A stretch of 64,000 nt of DNA, taken from NCBI RefSeq assembly GCF_003668955.1, contig NZ_RAWO01000002.1:407605-471604 (forward strand). The letters run 5' to 3'. Each line of letters starts with the position of its first letter. Within the stretch, counting starts at the first letter, position 1. The position numbers and the translations under genes were made by a program. Positions 56,999-64,000 of this stretch are shown here, piece by piece. The stretch is from Corallococcus sp. AB038B (lineage in GTDB: Bacteria > Myxococcota > Myxococcia > Myxococcales > Myxococcaceae). The notes below the pieces were generated by a model. The model was not told the origin of the DNA and ran no database searches. It saw only the letters and a program-made list of their open reading frames with translations.

Positions 56999-58063
56999 TC
57001 AAGTCCTCCGTCCGCGCGGATCCACGCGCCGCGCCAGCTCCAGGGCCAGCGCATCCAGGGGCACCACGGCATCCGCGAGCCCCGCCTGCTCCACCGCACC
57101 CGGCATGCTGCCGACGACGCAGCTGGCCTGGTCCTGCACCACCACTTGACCGCCTGCCTCGTTCACCCGCCGGCAGCCGCGCAGCCCGTCCTGGCCCATG
57201 CCGGTGAGCACCACCGCCAGCGCCCCCGCGCCGTACACCTCCGCCGCGGAGCGGAAGAGCAGGTCCACCGCCGGACGGCACGCGTTCTCCGCCGGCCCCT
57301 GGTGCGTGAGCAGCCGCACGCCCGTCGCATCCCGGCACACTGCCAGGTGGAAGTCGCCGGGAGCGACCCACACCTCGCCCGCATTCACGGATGCGCCCGT
57401 CACTGCCTCTCGCACGGTGAGCGGCGTCACGCCCTGCAACCGCTCCGCGAGCAGCCGGGTGAAGAGGGGCGGCATGTGCTGCACGATGAACACCGGCACC
57501 GGCAGGTCCGACGGCAGCGCGGACACCAGGCGCACCAGCGCGCCCGGGCCTCCCGTGGACGCGCCGACGACGATGGCCTCCACCCGCGCGGGCACTCGCG
57601 GCCTGGGCTGCGGCTCGCGCGTCACCAGTGGAGGCGAGGGCGTCGCGGACGGCGTGCGCACGTTCAGCGCCTTGAGCTTGCGCACCAGTTCGTCCCGCAC
57701 TGCCTCCACGGTGATGTTCATCCCGCCCGCGGACGTGGGCTTCGTCACGTAGTCGCGGGCCCCCAGCGCGAGCGCCTCCAGGGTCAACACACCCGCGCGT
57801 TCGGTGAGCGCGCTGAACATCACCACGGGCAACTCCGGGGCACGTTGGCGCAAGAGCTTCAGCGTCTCCAGCCCGTCCAGCTCCGGCATCTCCAGGTCCA
57901 ACAGCACGACGTCCGGCTGGAACTGCTCCACCTTCGCCAGGGCGATGCGGCCATTGGGCGCGGTGGCGACGACCTCCAGGCCCGGCGCCGCGCCCAGCAG
58001 CAGCGACACCTGACGCCGCACCACGGCCGCGTCGTCGACCACGAGGACCCGGATGGCGTTCAT
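56999..58063 (-). CDS. cheB: Protein-glutamate methylesterase/deamidase CheB (REC + methylesterase)
   Basis: Receiver RVLVVDDAAVVRR..VVLLDLEMPELDG. Methylesterase GASTGGPGAL, VQHMPPLFT, GMGQDG. Confidence 0.85.
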   Translation of the reverse strand: MNAIRVLVVDDAAVVRRQVSLLLGAAPGLEVVATAPNGRIALAKVEQFQPDVVLLDLEMPELDGLETLKLLRQRAPELPVVMFSALTERAGVLTLEALALGARDYVTKPTSAGGMNITVEAVRDELVRKLKALNVRTPSATPSPPLVTREPQPRPRVPARVEAIVVGASTGGPGALVRLVSALPSDLPVPVFIVQHMPPLFTRLLAERLQGVTPLTVREAVTGASVNAGEVWVAPGDFHLAVCRDATGVRLLTHQGPAENACRPAVDLLFRSAAEVYGAGALAVVLTGMGQDGLRGCRRVNEAGGQVVVQDQASCVVGSMPGAVEQAGLADAVVPLDALALELARRVDPRGRRT

Positions 58064-58074
58064 TCGCACCCGCT

Positions 58075-58410
58075 TCACCGCGCCGCGTGCGCGACCGGGC
58101 AGCGGCCCGCTGGGGCGCTGGCGGCCCGCTCTCCATACACCTCGTGGCGCGGCCGGCTCGCGAGGATGGCGCTGGCGCCCCAGTCCGTCACGCGGTGGAA
58201 GGCCTCGGACGCGACGAAGGCGTCGAAGCCCTCGCGGCTGTGCCACTCGGAGACGATGAGGTAGCGCCCCGGCGCTCCCACGCTCTTGAACAGCTCCGTG
58301 TGAGCGTGCGTCGGCAGCTTGCGCATCGCCTCCAGCACGAGCGCGAACTTCCGCTCGAAGGCGTCCGCCTTGCCCTCACGCACTTCGTAGTTCATGCCGA
58401 TGGTGACCAT
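58075..58410 (-). CDS. ABM-domain (antibiotic biosynthesis monooxygenase-like) protein embedded in che operon
   Basis: MVTIGMNYEVREGKADAFERKF ... YLIVSEWHSREGFDAF ferredoxin-like ABM pattern. Lies 12 nt upstream of the cheB start. Confidence 0.5.
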   Translation of the reverse strand: MVTIGMNYEVREGKADAFERKFALVLEAMRKLPTHAHTELFKSVGAPGRYLIVSEWHSREGFDAFVASEAFHRVTDWGASAILASRPRHEVYGERAASAPAGRCPVAHAAR

Positions 58411-58432
58411 CCGTCACCTCCTTGTCCGTGTT

Positions 58433-59962
58433 TCATTCGAGCCAGACCCGGACACGCCGGCGGCCCTCATCCAGGTGGAACAACTCCGACGGCCGCAGAC
58501 CCGCCGCGACCGCCGCGATACCAATGGCCGCAGGATCCACGCCCCGCGCCGCCAGCTTGCGAGGCAGGTCCTCCGGCAGCAGATCCTCCAGGTGCGCCGT
58601 CACGTCCGCGCGGAAGGTGAGCGCGACGCGCGTGCGCCCTCCTTCCGTCACCTGGACCTTCAGGTAGCGCGCGGTGCCCTCCACGGGAGCCGCCGGCGGC
58701 GATGGCGGAGGTAGTAGCGAAGGCGCGCGGGCCTCATCCAGGAGGGGTCCCCAGGCGATGGGCGCATCCAGCACGTCCAGGTGGCGCACCAGTCCATGGA
58801 ACGCGCGCAGGACGAACAGGAGCGACGCGGGCCCCGCAGCGCGGAAGTTCCAGCGGTGCGGCCCCAGCGCCTCGGTGAGCCGCTCGCCCAGCCGCCAGCT
58901 TCGCGCGTGGAAGGGACGGTCCAGGAGGAAGGGCTCCAGCAGCACGCGGCTGACGGCGGGCAGTGTCTCCGCCATGGGCTCCAGCAACTCCGGCGCGAAG
59001 CCCAGCATCACCCACGCGGACAGGAGTTGATCCGGGCGCGGCGGAGTGCTCGGACACTTGAGGAGCGAGATCAACCGCCCCAGCCCCACGGACAGCTCCG
59101 GCGGCAGTGGCTTCACACAGCCGAAGTCGAGCACTCCCAGCACGGGCTTGCCGTCCGCTCCCCGCGACACGCGGTAGTTGCCCGGGTGCGGATCCGCGTG
59201 GAGCGCGCCCCACGTGAAGCAGCCGTGGAGGAACAGGCGCACCAGCGTCGTGGACAGCGCGCGGCGGTCCGCTTCGCTCCAGCGCCAGCCCTCCGCGAGC
59301 GACTCGCCCTCCACCCACGTCATCACCAGCAGGTCTTCCCGCGTGAGCTCATCCACCGGTACGGGGATGACGACGCCCGGCACCTCCGCCATGCGAGTGC
59401 CCGCGTCCTGCAGGGCCTGGGCCTCGTGGCGATAGTCCAGCTCGCCCTGGAGCATGCGGGCCAGCTCGTGGCGGTAGGCAGACAGGTCCAGCTTCCCGCG
59501 CCAGCCTCCCAACGGGGCGGCCAGCCACCCCAGCGCCCGCAAATCATCCCGCACGGCCTCCGCGATGCCCGGGTGCCGCAGCTTCACGGCCACGGTGCGC
59601 CCGTCATGCAGCACGCCCCGGTGCACCTGGCCCAGCGACGCGGCGATGCCCGTGCCCTCCAGCGACTTGAACACCTCCCGCCACGGACGGCCCAACCGGC
59701 GGGACACCTCCGCCAGCGCGGCCTCCGGGTCGAGCGGGGAGGGCGCCTCCGCGAGCGAACCGAACCCCGGCGTGTCCGCGCCCAGCTCCGCGAGCGTGAG
59801 CACCTGCCCCACCTTCTGGGGCAGGCCCCGCAGTCCGAGGAGACGCTCGGTCAGCTCCTGCCGCGCGCGCTCCACGTCCTGGGGCCGGGACCCCCGCCGC
59901 AGGCGCGTGGAGGCACGGGCCACCTGGCCCAGCTCCCACCACCGCTTCAATCCGGTTCGCAC
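58433..59962 (-). CDS. ABC1/UbiB-family atypical protein kinase
   Basis: KVGQVLTLAELGAD, AASLGQVHRGVL..GRTVAVKLRHPG, catalytic LHADPHPGN, DFG. Start assigned to GTG at 59962 just below the MCP stop. The upstream track ORF sequence is R/A/P-rich non-native. Confidence 0.65.
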   Translation of the reverse strand: MRTGLKRWWELGQVARASTRLRRGSRPQDVERARQELTERLLGLRGLPQKVGQVLTLAELGADTPGFGSLAEAPSPLDPEAALAEVSRRLGRPWREVFKSLEGTGIAASLGQVHRGVLHDGRTVAVKLRHPGIAEAVRDDLRALGWLAAPLGGWRGKLDLSAYRHELARMLQGELDYRHEAQALQDAGTRMAEVPGVVIPVPVDELTREDLLVMTWVEGESLAEGWRWSEADRRALSTTLVRLFLHGCFTWGALHADPHPGNYRVSRGADGKPVLGVLDFGCVKPLPPELSVGLGRLISLLKCPSTPPRPDQLLSAWVMLGFAPELLEPMAETLPAVSRVLLEPFLLDRPFHARSWRLGERLTEALGPHRWNFRAAGPASLLFVLRAFHGLVRHLDVLDAPIAWGPLLDEARAPSLLPPPSPPAAPVEGTARYLKVQVTEGGRTRVALTFRADVTAHLEDLLPEDLPRKLAARGVDPAAIGIAAVAAGLRPSELFHLDEGRRRVRVWLE

Positions 59963-59996
59963 GTGTCGTGGCTCCCTGTGTCTGACGCCGCCCGCG

Positions 59997-62099
59997 CTAC
60001 TTCGTCCGCGTCTGCTTGTCGGAGGTGTCCACCTGCACGACCAGCCGTTGCAGCGACTGCGCCATGTGGGCCAGCTCCACCGCCGAGCGCTGCGTGCTGC
60101 CCGCGCCCTCGGTGGTGCTGCGCGCGGCCTCCGCCACGGCGGCCATGTTCTCGGAGATCTGCTGGCTGCCCTTGGCGGCCTCGCCCACGTTGCGGAGGAT
60201 CTCCCCCGCGGTGGCCGTCTGCTCCTCCACGGAGGAGGCGATGGACGTCTGCAACTCGTTGATGCGGCCGATGGTGGCGCCAATCTCCAGGATGGCGTTG
60301 ACCACCTCCTCGGTGTCGCCCTGGATGCTGCCGATCTTCTGGCCAATGTCCTCCGTGGCGCGGGCCGTCTCGCGCGCCAGCTCCTTCACTTCGTTGGCCA
60401 CCACCGCGAAGCCCCGGCCCGCCTCACCGGCGCGCGCCGCCTCGATGGTCGCGTTGAGCGCCAGCAGGTTCGTCTGCTGCGCGATGGAGGTGATGACCTT
60501 GATGACCTTGCCGATCTCCTGGCTGCTCGTGCCCAGCTTGCCGACGACGCTGGACGTGGAGTCCGCGAGCTTCACCGCGGAGGACGCCACCTTGGCGGCG
60601 GCGCTCGCGTTGCGCGCCACCTCGCGGATGTTCGCGTTGACCTCCTCCATGCCGGACGCGACGCTCTGCACGTTGCGGCTGACCTGTTCGGCGCCAGCGG
60701 ACACCTGGGTGGCCTGCGCCGCGGTCTCCTGCGCGTTGCTCACCATCTGCTGGCTGACGCTGGACAGCTCCTGCGACGACGCGGCGAGCGTCTGCGAGTG
60801 CTGCGTCACCTCCTGGAAGATGCCGCGCAGGGTGGTGTCCAGATCCTTCTCACGCTGCTGCACGGCGAGCTTCTCCGTGATCAGCTCCCACGTCACCATG
60901 GGCCCCAGGTAGCGGCCCTGGCCGTCGTACACCGCCGTCACCAGCAGGTCCGCGGTCTCCGGCCCAATGGGGATGTTCGCGCGCACCGGCAGGTTCTTGT
61001 CGTTGGCCAGGATCTTCCGCTGGTACGCCACGTCCTTGTGGAAGACGTCGATGGGGGCACCCAGCACCCGGTCCGCGGCGATGGGCAGGTGCTTCTCCAC
61101 GCGCTGCAACAGCCGGCGCGAGGCGGGGTTCAGGTAGACGATCTTCAGGTCCAGGTCGGCCACCATCACGCAGGTGGGCGCGTTCTCCATCATGGCCCTG
61201 AGGCGCGCCAACTCCGTGTCCGCGCGCTGTTGATCCGTGACGTCCGTCCACGTCACCACGTAGCCGGTGAGCGCTCCACCCCGGCCCGAGATGCCGTCAA
61301 TGCGCGCCTTGAGCAGGGCAGCGCCCACCGCGAAGTGGGCTTCGTGCGGCAGCGACGACGGGTCGCTCAGCCGCTCTTCTTCAAGGCGAATCTGGTGCTC
61401 GAAGTGGGCGAGGAAGTCTCCGCCCGCGTCCCCCGCGCTGTCGCGGAAGGCGGCCGTCTGGCTGATGCGCTCGATGGCCTCCGAGGAGGACGCGTTCGAG
61501 AAGACGATGGCCAGGTCCGGGTCCAGGATGAACAGGTTGACGCTCGCCGCGTCCAGCACCGCCTCGCTCAGGGCGCCTTCGAGCGGCGTGGGCGCGCGGC
61601 GGCGCGAGGACCGGGGCGCGGGCACGGACACCGTGGCGACCCGGCGTCCCTCCGTCCGGGAGGCACGCGCCGGAGCACGCTTCACGGCGGCGGTCCGGGA
61701 GGAGGCCTTCTTGACGGGCCTGCTCACGATGTCGTCCTGCAAGGTGCCCACGGCGGACAGCAACTCGCGGGCGACGGGGCCCGGCACGTCCAATTCATCC
61801 AGCACGGTGGCCAGGTGCTCTGCGATGCGCCCGAAGTGATGGGGCTTGAGCTCCATGCGCGCGTGCACGTCGCGCATGGACGGGCCCTTGTAGACGGCCG
61901 GCCCACCCAGGTGCTGGGTGAGGAACGCGACCATCTGGCGCTGCAGTTGGAGCATGTCCGCGCGGCGGAAGTAGGGCTTGAGCAGCGCGTCCGTCATCAC
62001 CCGTGCGTAGAGCTTCTGCACGGCGGCCGTCAGGGGGGCCTTGCCGCCCAGGCGCTGGAAGAGGGTGGTTTTCACGGCGGGCGCGGTCGGGCGGGCCAT
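59997..62099 (-). CDS. Cytoplasmic chemoreceptor: truncated haemoglobin (group I 2/2 Hb) – PAS – PAS – MCP signalling domain
   Basis: Start [19 protein letters not shown]. trHb signatures (Tyr-B10 [27 protein letters not shown]-helix [10 protein letters not shown]). Two PAS cores. MA domain [31 protein letters not shown]. No TM helices. Confidence 0.8.
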   Translation of the reverse strand: MARPTAPAVKTTLFQRLGGKAPLTAAVQKLYARVMTDALLKPYFRRADMLQLQRQMVAFLTQHLGGPAVYKGPSMRDVHARMELKPHHFGRIAEHLATVLDELDVPGPVARELLSAVGTLQDDIVSRPVKKASSRTAAVKRAPARASRTEGRRVATVSVPAPRSSRRRAPTPLEGALSEAVLDAASVNLFILDPDLAIVFSNASSSEAIERISQTAAFRDSAGDAGGDFLAHFEHQIRLEEERLSDPSSLPHEAHFAVGAALLKARIDGISGRGGALTGYVVTWTDVTDQQRADTELARLRAMMENAPTCVMVADLDLKIVYLNPASRRLLQRVEKHLPIAADRVLGAPIDVFHKDVAYQRKILANDKNLPVRANIPIGPETADLLVTAVYDGQGRYLGPMVTWELITEKLAVQQREKDLDTTLRGIFQEVTQHSQTLAASSQELSSVSQQMVSNAQETAAQATQVSAGAEQVSRNVQSVASGMEEVNANIREVARNASAAAKVASSAVKLADSTSSVVGKLGTSSQEIGKVIKVITSIAQQTNLLALNATIEAARAGEAGRGFAVVANEVKELARETARATEDIGQKIGSIQGDTEEVVNAILEIGATIGRINELQTSIASSVEEQTATAGEILRNVGEAAKGSQQISENMAAVAEAARSTTEGAGSTQRSAVELAHMAQSLQRLVVQVDTSDKQTRTK

Positions 62100-62587
62100 C
62101 AGCGGGACTCCTGGGGAAGCACGGGGAAGGAAGGGGAGGCGGAAGCGCTGGACGCAGGCGAGAGCCCGTCCACAACCGCGTCCGCGGACAACACGAGCAG
62201 CAGCCGGTCCGGCAGCGCATGGACACCCAGCAGGAACGGGCGCAGCGGCCCGCGCAGGTTGTCCGGCAGCGGCGCCAGGTCCGACTGTTCGAAGGGGAGG
62301 ATGTCGCCAATGGCATCCACGCGAAGGCTCACCGCGCCTTCGTCGCCGCGCAGGACGACGTGGGGCGCGTCCGCGGGGGCGGTGCCTTCGGGCAATTCCA
62401 GACGGCGGCGCAGGTCGATGGCGGGGACGATCTGTCCGCGCAGGTTGAGCAGCCCCGCCACTTCCGGAGGCGCGCCGGGGACGCGCGTGAGCGGGGGCGG
62501 CAGGAGGATTTCCTGCACGCGTTCGATGTCCAGACCGAACAGGTGGTCGCCCACCTGGAACGAGCACAGCTGACGGAAGGCGCTCAT
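62099..62587 (-). CDS. cheW: CheW coupling protein
   Basis: [28 protein letters not shown] ... [16 protein letters not shown]. The upstream ~225 codons of the track ORF are spurious. Confidence 0.8.
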   Translation of the reverse strand: MSAFRQLCSFQVGDHLFGLDIERVQEILLPPPLTRVPGAPPEVAGLLNLRGQIVPAIDLRRRLELPEGTAPADAPHVVLRGDEGAVSLRVDAIGDILPFEQSDLAPLPDNLRGPLRPFLLGVHALPDRLLLVLSADAVVDGLSPASSASASPSFPVLPQESR

Positions 62588-64000
62588 GGCGCACCGCCTG
62601 TCAGCAGCTCCGGGTGCACGGCGCGCACGGTGCCCTCCACGTCCAGGAACTCGGTGGCCCGGGCCTGCACCACCATGGAGCCCAGCACGCCCGGGCGGCG
62701 CGTCTCCCACTGGAGCGCGAGCTCCACCTCCGCGACGTCGAGGATGGCGTCCACCACCAGCCCCACGCGCGTGTCCGCGTGCTGGGTGACGACGACGGAC
62801 AGCGACTCGCCCAGGGCGACCTGGATGTGTTGCGCCATCCGCTCGGTCGCGCCGGGCCTGGCCTCCAGCACGGACGCCACGCGCACCAGCGGCAGCAGCT
62901 GCCCGTGGTAGCGCGCCATCTCCATGCCTCCGCTCAGCCGCTCGATGTCCGACGCGGGCAGCTCCTCCAGCCGGGCCACGCGCGACAGCGGGATGGCCAC
63001 GCGGCCCTCCGCGCCGTTGCGGCACAGCAGCACGCGCTCGCGCGGCTCCTCCGGCGCAGGGGCTTCCGCGGCGGCCTCCGGAATGACGACCTGGGCCTGC
63101 GCCTCGGTGACCATGCCCGCGCGGCGGCCCAGACCCATGGCATCCAGGATGAGCGCCACGCGCCCGTCGCCCAGCACCGTCGCGCCCGCGTAGCAGGCCA
63201 GCCCCTTCAGGTGCTTCCACAGCGGCTTGACGACGATCTCTTCCGTGTCGTGGATGGCGTCCACCCACAGCCCGAAGGTGCGCTCACCGGCCTGCAGCAC
63301 GACGACGGTGGCGCCCTCGTCCAGGTCCGGCATCGCCGGCCCCACGCCCAACTCGGCGGCGAGCACCACCAGCGGGAGCAACTCCCCGCGCAGCCGCAGG
63401 ACGCACGCGCCCTGGATGCGGGTGATGTCCCTGCGCGCCTGGGCCGGCTCCAGGAACACCACCTCCCGCAGGGAGGCCTGCGGCAGCGCGTAGCGGTCTC
63501 CCCGGCAAGTGACGAGCAGCGCCGGGATGATGGCCAGGGTGAGGGGAATCTTCAGGGTGAACGTCGTGCCCTGACCGGGCCGGCTGTGCACCTCCACGGT
63601 GCCGCCAATGCGCTCCACCTGCGAGCGCACCACGTCCATGCCCACGCCCCGGCCGGACAGCGACGTGACGCGCTCCGCGGTGCTGAAGCCCGGCATGAAG
63701 ATGAGCATCATCGCGTCCGCGTCCGCCATCCGCGCCGCCTGGTCGGCCGTGAGCAGGCCGCGCTGCACCGCGACCTGCCGCACGCGCTGCACGTCGATGC
63801 CCGCGCCGTCGTCGGACATGCCCAGGTGCACGAGCCCGCCCTCGTGCGACGCGCTCAGCGTCAGGCACCCCACGGGCGGCTTGCCCGCGGCCATGCGCTG
63901 CTCGGGCGTCTCCACGCCGTGGTCCACGGCGTTGCGCAAGAGGTGGGTGAGCGGATCATGCAGCGCCTCCACCAGCGTCTTGTCCAGCTCCGTGTCCGCG
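62584..64000 (-). CDS. cheA: Histidine kinase CheA, C-terminal part (HATPase + two CheW-like domains); 5' end beyond window
   Basis: HATPase_c N/G boxes ([42 protein letters not shown]). Two consecutive CheW-like regulatory domains. The ORF is open to the window edge. Confidence 0.85.
   Translation of the reverse strand, partial: ADTELDKTLVEALHDPLTHLLRNAVDHGVETPEQRMAAGKPPVGCLTLSASHEGGLVHLGMSDDGAGIDVQRVRQVAVQRGLLTADQAARMADADAMMLIFMPGFSTAERVTSLSGRGVGMDVVRSQVERIGGTVEVHSRPGQGTTFTLKIPLTLAIIPALLVTCRGDRYALPQASLREVVFLEPAQARRDITRIQGACVLRLRGELLPLVVLAAELGVGPAMPDLDEGATVVVLQAGERTFGLWVDAIHDTEEIVVKPLWKHLKGLACYAGATVLGDGRVALILDAMGLGRRAGMVTEAQAQVVIPEAAAEAPAPEEPRERVLLCRNGAEGRVAIPLSRVARLEELPASDIERLSGGMEMARYHGQLLPLVRVASVLEARPGATERMAQHIQVALGESLSVVVTQHADTRVGLVVDAILDVAEVELALQWETRRPGVLGSMVVQARATEFLDVEGTVRAVHPELLTGGAP

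Noticed and set aside
56997-58136. Upstream part of track ORF 56106..58136 (-)
   Set aside because: Different frame from, and overlapping, the genuine cheB gene. Only the 3' 297 codons (cheR) are real.
59565-62573. 1002-aa + strand ORF
   Set aside because: Antisense to the trHb-PAS-MCP gene. Low-complexity R/G/A/L translation.

Overview
This is a high-GC window (about 68-70% by eye) from a myxobacterial chromosome of the Myxococcus/Corallococcus type. The gene order is syntenic with the M. xanthus romR–encC–groEL2 neighbourhood. No rRNA, tRNA or CRISPR was found.

Core genes, in window order:
- O-antigen-ligase-like fragment at the 5' edge.
- Two tandem paralogous Kelch β-propeller lipoproteins carrying Myxococcus-type Cys-rich repeats, highly repetitive at nucleotide level.
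- Acyltransferase-3 membrane protein.
- A degraded, lower-GC accessory islet (IS3-family relic, low-GC orphan ORF, duplicated DUF2019-like fragments sharing an ~85 bp repeat).
- SAM methyltransferase; DUF3857/transglutaminase-like protein; TPR–zincin protein; CheY-like RR.
- groEL with an upstream CIRCE operator.
- Hybrid HK; an EncFtn-type encapsulin cargo protein with an LTVGSL targeting tail; REC-GAF-GGDEF cyclase; CheW-like protein; romR.
- valS carrying a C-terminal histone-H1-like KKA-repeat extension; nadC.
- Small Cys-rich secreted peptide; a lipoprotein.
- A full-length Major Vault Protein (MVP) homolog, the most striking gene in the window.
- TDAGT-repeat lipoprotein; MYXO-CTERM HEXXH protein.
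- A lower-GC islet with a secreted protein and a LysM/C39-like peptidase.
- Long-form phenylalanine hydroxylase, LysR, SDR.
- Secreted protein built of three near-identical tandem repeats.
- M1 aminopeptidase, ABM–P450–ArsR module, proC.
- A 727 bp intergenic region with two copies of a palindrome-bearing element.
- DUF481 OMP, PhzF, Hsp20.
- A three-gene ATGA-coupled operon of a Fic protein plus two paralogous unknown proteins.
- YegS-like lipid kinase.
- A chemosensory cluster: cheR, cheB, ABM, ABC1 kinase, trHb-PAS-PAS-MCP, cheW, cheA (5'-truncated by the window end).

Many very long ORFs in the supplied six-frame track are antisense shadow ORFs, or carry spurious N-terminal extensions. True starts were re-derived from in-frame ATG/GTG codons.
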